A DNA stretch of 64,000 nucleotides, from positions 1,551,907 to 1,615,906 of the forward strand of contig CBDHGC010000003.1 of NCBI GenBank assembly GCA_965262925.1, given 5' to 3'. The notes beneath the pieces are model-generated. The model was not told the DNA's origin, did no database searches, and saw only the letters and a program-made list of their open reading frames with translations. Shown here piece by piece: positions 10,009 through 17,932 of this stretch. Numbering within the stretch: position 1 is the stretch's first letter; each line of letters opens with the position of its first letter. This stretch comes from Vicinamibacterales bacterium (GTDB taxonomy: Bacteria > Acidobacteriota > Vicinamibacteria > Vicinamibacterales > UBA8438). Both the position numbers and the translations under genes were made by a program.

Positions 10009-10431
10009 TCATCCAGCTCCCCGGTGCGGTGGACGCCAGATCCGCAACGGGGTATGACGAGCGGCGTGGAGGAAGTCGCCATCGGCGGTGAGCAGCTCCA
10101 GGTCGTGACGGAGGCAGAGCCGCACGAGCAGGGCATCGACGGTCCCGAGCTGGACCCCGTGACGCCGGCACGTATTGCGGATTTCGGCCGCCGCAACATG
10201 ATCGTTGCGTTCCGGCACGATCATCGGTAACGACGCGAAGCGCTCCAGGATCGCATCGCGGGCCGTGGGTCCCCGGAAGCCCTGGAGCAACTCCTGAAGG
10301 ACGATTCCGGTCGTGTACACGGCCTCCCGGGATGCGAGGGCTTCCCGCAGACGGCCGGGCTCGGGATTGTCGCCCGGCGAATCTCGCCGGAACGCGAGAG
10401 ACCAGACGCTGGTATCGACGAAGAGACTCAT
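10009..10431 (-). CDS. vapC: PIN-domain toxin VapC
   Basis: 140 aa counted from the internal ATG of ORF 10009..10779. It begins MSLFVDTSVWSLAF and contains ..TGIVLQELLQG..VDALLVRLCLRHDLELLTADGDF (PIN acidic residues D6, E47, D118-type). Its ATG overlaps the vapB stop (ATGA). Confidence 0.85.
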   Translation of the reverse strand: MSLFVDTSVWSLAFRRDSPGDNPEPGRLREALASREAVYTTGIVLQELLQGFRGPTARDAILERFASLPMIVPERNDHVAAAEIRNTCRRHGVQLGTVDALLVRLCLRHDLELLTADGDFLHAARHTPLRIWRPPHRGAG

Positions 10432-10628
10432 TCGCGGGAGCGCTCCGCCTTGTAGTCGAACGTCGGATCCCATTCGAGCGTGTCGAACAGCTCGAGCAGG
10501 CGGCGTTGTTCCCGCCGCGCGATGAACTCCTGCAGCGCCAGGGTCACGGCCGCGGTCTTGGTTCTCTTTCCGCTGAGCTCCAGTGCGCGCTCCAGAAGGT
10601 CCGGGCTGATCGCCAGATTCGTTGCCAT
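10428..10628 (-). CDS. vapB: VapB-type antitoxin
   Basis: 66 aa, MATNLAISPDLLERALELSGKRTKTAAVTLALQEFIARREQRRLLELFDTLEWD... It is small, lies upstream of vapC and overlaps it by 4 nt. Confidence 0.8.
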   Translation of the reverse strand: MATNLAISPDLLERALELSGKRTKTAAVTLALQEFIARREQRRLLELFDTLEWDPTFDYKAERSRE

Positions 10629-10689
10629 GTGCAGAGTATCGCACAATTGGCCGCACAATGCCCGAAGGCCCGGCGGTCAATTGCTCAAC

Positions 10690-10797
10690 CCCTGGGTGCT
10701 CGCGGACGACATCTACGAGAACATCATCTATGACGGCGAGCCGTTTTCGACGCTGCCGCACGGCGCGCCCGATCTGCACGAGCGGATCAAGCGGTGA
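10690..10797 (+). pseudogene. mid-gene fragment of a second aminotransferase copy
   Basis: It translates [33 protein letters not shown]. The intact gene 8772..9977 has [34 protein letters not shown] at the matching position. Homology stops at ..CACGAGCGGATC, where junction repeat copy B begins and supplies KR-TGA. Confidence 0.8.
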
Positions 10798-10848
10798 GCA
10801 AGCTGTCCGGCCGGGGACCGACCGCTCGTCGGCGGGTACTCACGCCTG
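10785..10848. repeat. ~64-nt junction repeat, copy B
   Basis: GATCAAGCGGTGAGCAAGCTGTCCGGCCGGGGACCGACCGCTCGTCGGCGGGTACTCACGCCTG aligns with 5871-5934. Confidence 0.85.
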
Positions 10849-10878
10849 ATCGGCGGCGGTGATATCGACGCGGTCCTC

Positions 10879-11556
10879 GTGGCAGCGTGCCGGCGGAAGC
10901 GCTGGTTTACGATGTTGACGGCTTATGGCCCTGTGCGTTACCGTAAATGTCGACAAGGCATCGTGGAGACCTCATCCGCAACGAATCCCGATACCGACGG
11001 CGAGCGAACGCTCGACGAGGCGGCACTGCTGGCGCGCGTCATGCGGTACTTCGACGGCGCCATCCGTGGGTTGCGCAAGCGGGATCGAATGGTGATCCTT
11101 CGTGCGACGGACGATTTCTGGACCGTGATGGAAACGCTGTCGCTCGCCCCGGTCGCTGAATCCGCGGAATTCAAGGTGCGGTTGCGTGGCGCCCTGGCGA
11201 AGCGCAAGCTGCTGCAGATGGACGGCGGCGTGCTCTCACCGTCGAGCGCGGCGGCGCTGCTCGGGGTCAGCCGGCAGGCCGTCAGCCAGCGGCGCGCGGC
11301 CGGCAGGCTGCTCGGCGTCGAGGGGCCGCGCGGCTATCTCTACCCGGCGTGGCAGTTCACGGACCGGGGCCTGCTGCCCGGTTTCGAGGACACGCTCCGG
11401 GCGCTCCGCGGTGAGGATGCCTGGTGGATACTCACGTTCTTCCTCGAATCCGATGCGGCCACCGGGAACGAGCGGCCGCTCGACCTGCTGCGCATGGGCC
11501 GGCTGGACGCGGTGGCGCGAGCGGCCGAGCTGTACGGTGAGCAGGCAGCCGTCTGA
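10879..11556 (+). CDS. Xre-type HTH / DUF2384-like antitoxin of a RES toxin pair (long N-terminal extension)
   Basis: 225-aa ORF; the start is uncertain (ATG 10912 is possible). It has an HTH, LSPSSAAALLGVSRQAVSQRRAAGRLLG. The C-terminus is like RES-antitoxin binding domains: NERPLDLLRMGRLDAVARAAELYGEQ. It ends 5 nt before the RES gene. Confidence 0.72.
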   Translation: MAACRRKRWFTMLTAYGPVRYRKCRQGIVETSSATNPDTDGERTLDEAALLARVMRYFDGAIRGLRKRDRMVILRATDDFWTVMETLSLAPVAESAEFKVRLRGALAKRKLLQMDGGVLSPSSAAALLGVSRQAVSQRRAAGRLLGVEGPRGYLYPAWQFTDRGLLPGFEDTLRALRGEDAWWILTFFLESDAATGNERPLDLLRMGRLDAVARAAELYGEQAAV

Positions 11557-11561
11557 TCGCC

Positions 11562-12158
11562 ATGACAGCGCCCGGCGATCATCGGTTGCCGCCGCCGGGC
11601 GGTTACACCGGTGCGCTCGCCACGACGCGGATCCCGAAGGAACGGACCTGGTTTTGCCTGTACAGGCATCCGTACGCTCCCCTCCACTTCGGGACCACGC
11701 GAAGGGCGCGCTTCGACGCGGCGCGGGGCGAGTTCGGCGTGCTGTACGCGGCTCGGCAGATTGCCGGCGCATTCGTCGAGACGCTGGCCAGAGGCGGTGT
11801 CCGCACTATTTCCCAGAAGCGCCTGCAACGGTACCGCGTCGCCGAGATCGCCGCTTCGCGGGCTGTTTCCCTGGTGGACCTGACCGGCAGGGGCTTGGTG
11901 CGGATGGGCGTTGACGGCCGTCTGACCACGAGCGCGTACCAGATCGCCCAGCGCTGGTCGAGCGCGTTCTTCGCACATCGCGGTCGACCGGATGGAATCC
12001 TCTACGCGTCACGGCACGATCCCGGACAGCGACTTGCTGCCTTCTTCGACCGCCCGGCGCCATGCCTCACGGCCACGTTGCACGGTCCGTTGCGCAACTA
12101 TCTCGGCGATGACGCGTTCTTCCGCCTGCTGGACGATTACGACATCGGATTGCTGTGA
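11562..12158 (+). CDS. RES-domain toxin
   Basis: 198 aa with the R..E..S pattern: TRRARFDAARGEFGVLYAA, AFVETL, LYASRHDP. It sits immediately downstream of the Xre/DUF2384-like gene. Confidence 0.82.
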   Translation: MTAPGDHRLPPPGGYTGALATTRIPKERTWFCLYRHPYAPLHFGTTRRARFDAARGEFGVLYAARQIAGAFVETLARGGVRTISQKRLQRYRVAEIAASRAVSLVDLTGRGLVRMGVDGRLTTSAYQIAQRWSSAFFAHRGRPDGILYASRHDPGQRLAAFFDRPAPCLTATLHGPLRNYLGDDAFFRLLDDYDIGLL

Positions 12159-12178
12159 GGACCGGCCGCCGTACTAAC

Positions 12179-12334
12179 ATGCAGTTGTTCCAGACATCGG
12201 ACCACGTGGCCATCATGAACGAGATGATGCACACCGTCCGCGCCATTCCGCTCGACGGACGCCCGGCATTGGAACGGGAGAACGCTGCACGCGGATTCAG
12301 CCGCATGTGCGGCGCTCTCGGGCTGACGGACTAG
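12179..12334 (+). pseudogene. chimeric 51-codon ORF: fragment of the 'EYACHEGN' secreted-protein family fused to a copy of the aminotransferase 3' end
   Basis: MQLFQTSDHVAIMNEMMHTVRAIPLDGRPALE matches ..IVQTPDVIAIVQEHIHDVRFIHLDGRP.. of 12331..13389, but on the opposite strand. Separately, 12285-12329 (GCACGCGGATTCAGCCGCATGTGCGGCGCTCTCGGGCTGACGGA) duplicates 9937-9981 at the end of the intact aminotransferase. Confidence 0.7.
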
Positions 12335-13389
12335 CGGGCCTGGCTGCGCGCCTCCTCGGCACGCGAGCCGGCGAGGATGTTCGTCAGGCCGTAGTTGCCC
12401 TCGTGACAGGCATACTCGAACATCGGCTGGTCGCTGCGCGCCCACGGCGACGAGCCGGTCCACGGGCTCGTCCAGACGTTCGGATCGTCCACCGTGAACT
12501 GGTAGTCGAGCGTTCCCGGCCCCACGCGGGTGAACCGCTCGACGACCCGCAGGGCCGGGCTGAGATCCCAGTTGGTGCCGCCCTGCGGTCCGGGGCCGGA
12601 CGAAAACAGGTAGGCCCGGCTGCCGAAGTTGGTCGTCTCGACGACGAGCGTGTCGCCCTCCCAGCGCCCGCGCGAATGACCGCCGAACTGGCTGATGCCC
12701 GCGTCGATCGGGGGACGGCCGTCGAGGTGGATGAAGCGCACGTCGTGGATGTGCTCCTGCACGATGGCGATGACGTCCGGCGTCTGCACGATGTGGTAGT
12801 TGTTGTTGTAGGCGGTGGGCAGCGACGGGACGCCGCGATACCAGATGCACCGGTCGCCATAGTCGAACTGCTCGTGGGAGTCGGCCGGTACCAATCCTTC
12901 CCGGACCGCCTTCAACCGCTGCCGCTCCGGGGACGTGACGTGCGCTTCCGCCTCCGGGGTGAGCGCGGGCAGGCGCCCGTTGGGCGGGTCGATGACGAGC
13001 GAGGTGCGCCGCGTCGGGACGACGGTCGTCCCGCGATCGATCCAGAAGGCGTTGTAGGCGCCGACGTTGCCGCCCGCCGGCAGCGGCTCGGTGCGAACCG
13101 CGCTGGGCGCGTTAGCGCGGGCGTTGGCCTCGACCACGCGCTGCTCGATGGCCGCCGCTTCCTCCGCGGTCAGAAACGCCTGGTCGGCCAGCGCTTCCGG
13201 CCGTTCGAGCGGCGTCACGGTGGAGCTGTTCCAGACGCCCCCGATGTCGGGGGCGCCCCAGGGGGTCCGCGGCGCTGCCCAACCCTCCGGCGACGCCGGC
13301 TGGGACCACGCCGCCGTCGGCGCCAGAACCATGCTCGCGGCCAACACCAACGCGCCGAACCCGACCTGCACACGAGAAAGACGACTCAT
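12331..13389 (-). CDS. secreted protein of unknown function (family marked by FEYACHEGN motif), paralog 1
   Basis: Start at the internal ATG 13389, with AAGGAG upstream. Signal peptide MSRLSRVQVGFGALVLAASMVLAPTAAWSQ. Motifs shared with 13439..14437: RTSL(V/I)IDPPNGR(L/F)P, GDRCI, AYNNN, GRWEGDTLVVETT, FEYACHEGNYGL. Confidence 0.8.
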   Translation of the reverse strand: MSRLSRVQVGFGALVLAASMVLAPTAAWSQPASPEGWAAPRTPWGAPDIGGVWNSSTVTPLERPEALADQAFLTAEEAAAIEQRVVEANARANAPSAVRTEPLPAGGNVGAYNAFWIDRGTTVVPTRRTSLVIDPPNGRLPALTPEAEAHVTSPERQRLKAVREGLVPADSHEQFDYGDRCIWYRGVPSLPTAYNNNYHIVQTPDVIAIVQEHIHDVRFIHLDGRPPIDAGISQFGGHSRGRWEGDTLVVETTNFGSRAYLFSSGPGPQGGTNWDLSPALRVVERFTRVGPGTLDYQFTVDDPNVWTSPWTGSSPWARSDQPMFEYACHEGNYGLTNILAGSRAEEARSQAR

Positions 13390-13438
13390 CGCTGACTCCT
13401 TCGCTCGCGAGAGATTGTGCGGAACCGATGGGCGTGAT

Positions 13439-14437
13439 TCAGGGACGCAGCTCACGCCCCTCGCTCTCGAGTTTCCGCGCGCCGGCAAGAATGCCGTACA
13501 GGCCGATGTTGCCCTCGTGGCAGGCGTACTCGAAGATCGGGCCATCGGTACGCCGGAACGGCATCGAGACCGTGTAGGGGGCGGTGTACGTCGACGGGTC
13601 GGTCACGGTGTACTCGTAGGCGACGGTATCCGGATCGAGCCGGGTCAGCCGTTCGATCAGGTGCACGCTCGGGCCGATCCTCCCGTTGCCCCAATCACGG
13701 AACTGCGTGGTCTCGATGACCAGGGTCTCTCCCTCCCAGTGCCCGCGCGACACGCCGGCCAACTGCTCGAACCGCGGCTTCTCCGTGTCCTCGAGCGGGA
13801 CGATCCGCGCCTGGCGCGCCTGCTCGGTGAGAATTACGACGTGGTCGGCCGTCTGGAAGATCATCAGGTTGTTGTTGTACGCCCCGGGTCGGAGCGGCGG
13901 GCCCGACTTGCCGAACATGATGCAGCGGTCGCCCATGCTCCGGTTCTCGTAGGAGTCGTACATGTGCGCCCGCCGGTAGGCGGCGCGCTCCCGGCCTGCC
14001 TGCCGGGCCGCCTCGGTCTGCGGGGGGAACCGCCCGTTGGGGGGATCGATGATGAGCGACGTCCGCTTGTCCGAGGTCAGCTCGATGCCCCGCTCGTACC
14101 AGAACTCGTTGTAGGAGAGCACGCCCCCGGCGGCGCGCGACTGGTATCCCGCGTTCGGCGCCCCCGATTCGGGGTCGAAGAGATCGCGGTTCTGGCGCGT
14201 CCGTTCCGACGCCTCGAACGCCGCGGCCTGCTCCGCGCCCAGCGTCTCGATTCCCTCGAACTGGGCCGGCCGCTGCATCGGGGTCAGCGTGCGGAAGGTG
14301 AAGGTGCCGGAGATGTGCGGGTGCCCGTCGGGCGTTCGCATCGGCATGTCATCGGCCGACTGGGCCATGGCGGGCCCGACTGCGAACGTGAGCACGATCA
14401 CTACGCCCGCGAACGCCGCGAAGCTTGTCTTGCGCAT
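13439..14437 (-). CDS. secreted protein of unknown function (FEYACHEGN family), paralog 2
   Basis: 332 aa with signal MRKTSFAAFAGVVIVLTFAVGPAMAQ. It carries the same motif set as 12331..13389. Confidence 0.8.
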   Translation of the reverse strand: MRKTSFAAFAGVVIVLTFAVGPAMAQSADDMPMRTPDGHPHISGTFTFRTLTPMQRPAQFEGIETLGAEQAAAFEASERTRQNRDLFDPESGAPNAGYQSRAAGGVLSYNEFWYERGIELTSDKRTSLIIDPPNGRFPPQTEAARQAGRERAAYRRAHMYDSYENRSMGDRCIMFGKSGPPLRPGAYNNNLMIFQTADHVVILTEQARQARIVPLEDTEKPRFEQLAGVSRGHWEGETLVIETTQFRDWGNGRIGPSVHLIERLTRLDPDTVAYEYTVTDPSTYTAPYTVSMPFRRTDGPIFEYACHEGNIGLYGILAGARKLESEGRELRP

Positions 14438-14550
14438 CGGCTACCCCCTGGGATTCCGGCTGAACGAGATTCTCCCGATTATACGTGTCCGGCTTCGCAT
14501 GCGGTCAGGAGCTCCGCAACGGCGGATCGCCACAGGAGTCCGGGTCCGTG

Positions 14551-15621
14551 ATGTTCCGCATTGACGATATGCTCATGTCCATGTGGATGCGCGCATCGCT
14601 GTCGCTAATCCTCGTCGCGCTGGCGACGACCGCCCGGGCGCAGGAGCACACGCTCGGTTTCATCTGGGACGAAGCGCCGTTCCCGCGGGCGCACGCCTCG
14701 ACCATCGTCGAAGCGGCGGACGGCACGCTGATCGCCGCCTGGTTCGGCGGCTCGGGCGAGGGCCACAAAGACGTCGGCGTCTGGTCGTCCCGCAAGCCGC
14801 AGGGGGACGGCTGGTCGCCGCCCGTGCAGCTCTACAAGGAGCCGGATCAGCCCGCCTGGAACCCCGTTCTGTTCCGCGGCGACGGGGACACGATCTGGCT
14901 CTACTTCAAGATCGGCCCGAGCCCCCGCGCGTGGAGCGGGGCCTACATGAAATCGACCACGGCGGGCGAGGAGTGGTCCGAGCCGGTCTGGCTGCCGGCG
15001 GGCATGCTGGGGCCGGTCCGGGCGAAGCCGATCCGGCTCGCCGGCGGCGAGATTCTCGCCGGCACCTCCCTGGAGAGCTACCGGACGTGGTCCTCGTGGA
15101 TGGAGATCAGCGCCGACGGCGGCGCGTCGTGGAGCAAGCACGGCCCGCTCCTCTTCGGCGACCGCGAACGGGACCGCATCGGGAGCATCCAGCCGACCCT
15201 GCTGGAGATCGAGCCGGGCGTGGTCCGCGCGTTCATGAGGACGCCCCGCCGGCTGGGGAAGATCGCGACGTCGATCTCACACGACGGCGGGCGGACCTGG
15301 GCGCCCCTGGAGCTCACCGAACTCGACAACCCGAGCGCCGGGATCGACTCCCTGCGCCTCGACGACGGGCGCTGCATCCTGCTCTACAACCCCTCGCCCG
15401 ACCGTCGCACGCCCCTCTCGCTCGCGGTGTCGTTCGACGACGGGGTCACCTGGGAGGACTTCCTCATCGTAGAGGAGCTCGAGGAGGGCCAGCGCGGCGA
15501 GCTCTCGTATCCGGCGATGATTCAGGACTCCGACGGGGACCTGCAGATCACCTATACGTGGAACCGCCGGCGCATCCGCCATGCGACGGTGCCGTTGGGC
15601 CTGGTTCCGCAGAAGTACTGA
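14551..15621 (+). CDS. sialidase-like BNR/beta-propeller glycoside-hydrolase family protein, exported
   Basis: Several in-frame ATGs lie between 14551 and 14587. Signal MWMRASLSLILVALATTARAQ. Motifs: HASTIVEAADGTLIAAWFGGSGEGHKDVGVW, SADGGASWS, SHDGGRTWA, SFDDGVTW (Asp-box-like S-x-D-x-G-x-T-W). Confidence 0.8.
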   Translation: MFRIDDMLMSMWMRASLSLILVALATTARAQEHTLGFIWDEAPFPRAHASTIVEAADGTLIAAWFGGSGEGHKDVGVWSSRKPQGDGWSPPVQLYKEPDQPAWNPVLFRGDGDTIWLYFKIGPSPRAWSGAYMKSTTAGEEWSEPVWLPAGMLGPVRAKPIRLAGGEILAGTSLESYRTWSSWMEISADGGASWSKHGPLLFGDRERDRIGSIQPTLLEIEPGVVRAFMRTPRRLGKIATSISHDGGRTWAPLELTELDNPSAGIDSLRLDDGRCILLYNPSPDRRTPLSLAVSFDDGVTWEDFLIVEELEEGQRGELSYPAMIQDSDGDLQITYTWNRRRIRHATVPLGLVPQKY

Positions 15622-16579
15622 TCCGGTCAGCCCGCCCGCCGGAGAGCAGGGCATCGACCTCCGCCGGAGTCGGGCTCTCCTCGCGGGCGCCCAGGCCGCG
15701 ACACTTCAGCGCCGCCACCGCGTTCGCGTAGCGCAGCACGTCCTCCACCTCAGCGTCGTCGCCGCCGCGCAGCCATCCGGAGATGAACCCGCCTCGGAAG
15801 ACGTCGCCGGCGCCGGTACTATCGACGACCGGCACGCGGAACCCCGGCGTCCTCACCTCGACATCGCCGACCAGGGCCAGGCTCCCGTCCGCGCCGAGCG
15901 TCATGCAGACCAGCGCGGGGTGGTAGGTGTCACGGATCGCACGCAGCGCCGCCCCCGGCGCACCCTTGCCGGTCAAGGCGGCTGGAAAGTCCTGTGCCGT
16001 GATGACCATGTCGATCTCCGCCAGCAGCGGATCGATGCCGTCGCGGACGCGTTCCACGTCGATGACGGTTCGAGCTCCGGCCCGTCGTGCGTGGCGGGCG
16101 GCAGCCGTCGAGGCGGCGGTATCGTGACAGTCGACCAGCAGCACCCGGCCGGCGCCGACCGCCGCGGGGTCGACGTCATCGGGCTGTAGCTTGAGCCCCG
16201 GATCGCGGGACCAGAGAACCGTGCGCTCGCCGGTCCGATCGTCGACGAGAATCACGGACATCCCGTTGCGCGTATCGGCCGCCACCCGGCACGCGCTGAT
16301 ATCGACCCCTTCGTCGGCGAGGCTCGACCGTCCCCGCCGGCCGTTCTGGTCGTCGCCGAAGCACCCGACGTACCGGGCGCGCCAGCCAAGTCGGGCACAA
16401 GCGACCATTGCGCTCGCCGCCTGCCCGCCCGGCGAGTACGCCTGCCGCCGGACCGGCTGCTTGGAGCCGGGCCGCGGAAAGCCCTCGACCACGACCAGCA
16501 GGTCGGTCATGTTGAGCCCGAAACCGACGGCGTCGAAGGGACGGCCGTCCGCTGGCGGTAGCCCCATCGGCATCCGCAT
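15548..16579 (-). CDS. PfkB-family carbohydrate/nucleoside kinase
   Basis: 343 aa. Motifs: GGQAASAMVACARLG and DSTGAGDVFRGGFISG (PfkB signature 2). The 3' end overlaps the convergent gene by 74 nt. Confidence 0.85.
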   Translation of the reverse strand: MRMPMGLPPADGRPFDAVGFGLNMTDLLVVVEGFPRPGSKQPVRRQAYSPGGQAASAMVACARLGWRARYVGCFGDDQNGRRGRSSLADEGVDISACRVAADTRNGMSVILVDDRTGERTVLWSRDPGLKLQPDDVDPAAVGAGRVLLVDCHDTAASTAAARHARRAGARTVIDVERVRDGIDPLLAEIDMVITAQDFPAALTGKGAPGAALRAIRDTYHPALVCMTLGADGSLALVGDVEVRTPGFRVPVVDSTGAGDVFRGGFISGWLRGGDDAEVEDVLRYANAVAALKCRGLGAREESPTPAEVDALLSGGRADRISTSAEPGPTAPSHGGCAGGSTYR

Positions 16580-16700
16580 GCCGGCGATCGTATGAGGGGG
16601 ACCAGGATATTATCCAGCCCGCATCGCTTACCGGTTTCTCGAAACGAGGCGTGCAGGTGGCATCCGCACAGCCGGACCTGGTGACACGCGGAGAGACAAC

Positions 16701-17441
16701 GTGACCGCGACAGTACGATTCGTAGGCTCCGGCGATTCCTTCGGCAGCGGCGGACGCTTCCAGACCTGCATCCTGGTCGATGCCGGCGGGACGCGCTTCA
16801 CGATGGACTTCGGCGCGTCGTCGTTGGTCGCCCTGCGGCAGCAGGGCATCGATCCGAACTCCATCGATACGATCCTCCTGACTCATCTGCACGGGGACCA
16901 CTGCGCCGGAGTTCCGTTCCTGCTGATGAACGCGATGCTGGGCGCAAGACGCGAGCGGCCGCTCACCATCGCCGGCCCGCGGGACCTGCGCTACCGCATG
17001 TTCCTGATCGCCGAGGCGCTGTTTCCCGGCATGCACGTGATGAAGCCGAAGTTCGAGCTGAACTGGATCGAGCTCGAGCACGGCATACCAACCCCGGTAG
17101 GGAGCATCCTCGTGACCGCCCGTGCGGTGAAGCATACCTGGCAGACCAACCCTACCGCCTTGCGCTCCGAGATCGGCGGCAAGGTGGTGTGCTACACCGG
17201 AGACGGGGAGTTCGGCGAGGAGATGGCGATGGCCGCCAAGGGGGCCGACCTCCTTGTGGCGGAGTGCTACTTCCACGAGAGACCTGTGCGCTGGCATCTC
17301 AACTATCCCGAGCTGGTCGCCCACAAGGCGGACTTCGGCGCCAGGCGCATCGTCCTCACCCACATGAGCCCGGAGATGCTCGCTCACGCCGACGAAGTCC
17401 CCGAGGAGTGCGCCTACGATGGGATGGTGGTGGAGATTTGA
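16701..17441 (+). CDS. MBL-fold metallo-hydrolase
   Basis: 246 aa with LLTHLHGDHCAGVPFL (HxHxDH) and a later LTHMSPE. Confidence 0.85.
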   Translation: MTATVRFVGSGDSFGSGGRFQTCILVDAGGTRFTMDFGASSLVALRQQGIDPNSIDTILLTHLHGDHCAGVPFLLMNAMLGARRERPLTIAGPRDLRYRMFLIAEALFPGMHVMKPKFELNWIELEHGIPTPVGSILVTARAVKHTWQTNPTALRSEIGGKVVCYTGDGEFGEEMAMAAKGADLLVAECYFHERPVRWHLNYPELVAHKADFGARRIVLTHMSPEMLAHADEVPEECAYDGMVVEI

Positions 17442-17547
17442 CTCGCTGCCGCCCCGACTGCGTGAGCTGGCGCTCGCGCCATTCGCCGAGTGCCCAACTC
17501 GTTCTTCAAGGCGTTTCCCAGGTCTGGGACGAGTAGTGCTTCCAAAC

Positions 17548-17754
17548 TCACAGATACTGAGCCGCGTCGGTGGGGAGAGCCTGACCCTGCTCCGCGTGTT
17601 CGTCGGCAATCAGCCGAAACACGCGCTCGAGTTCCTCCAGCGCCGCCTCGCGGGTGTCCATCAGCGCGTAGCACCCGCCGATAGCGGGTACTTCTGCGAC
17701 CCAGGCGTCGTCGATCTGGTGGTACAGGACGACCTTGCAGTCGGCGAGGGTCAT
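17548..17754 (-). CDS. hicB: HicB-like (UPF0150) antitoxin-family protein, no HicA partner found
   Basis: 68 aa counted from the internal ATG 17754: MTLADCKVVLYHQIDDAWVAEVPAIGGCYALMDTREAALEELERVFRLIADEHAEQGQALP. Confidence 0.65.
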   Translation of the reverse strand: MTLADCKVVLYHQIDDAWVAEVPAIGGCYALMDTREAALEELERVFRLIADEHAEQGQALPTDAAQYL

Positions 17755-17932
17755 GCTCCGAGCATAGCGCCGCTCGGCGAACAGCCGCCGAGGCGGTCTC
17801 GTGGGGCCGGGTTGCGGGGCGTCGGTGGTGGGATCGCAGGTGTCTTGTCTCGGCGCCGCGGTTTGACAGTCAGCCGCGGCAGGCACGACTATCTTCCTGA
17901 CTGGTTGAAGGACCGCTTCTGAAGAGGAAGTC

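Noticed and set aside
15548-15621. 74-nt convergent overlap between the sialidase-like gene and the PfkB kinase gene as a possible antisense regulatory arrangement.
   Set aside because: The kinase tail after ..AEVDALLSGG.. is unconserved-looking. The overlap is most simply a late stop in GC-rich DNA.
16596-16612. CCAGGATA-T-TATCCAG inverted repeat with an embedded TATTAT/ATAATA between the divergent kinase and MBL genes.
   Set aside because: The arms are only 5-6 bp. It is plausibly just the AT-rich -10 region of the divergent promoters. That is not enough to call an operator.
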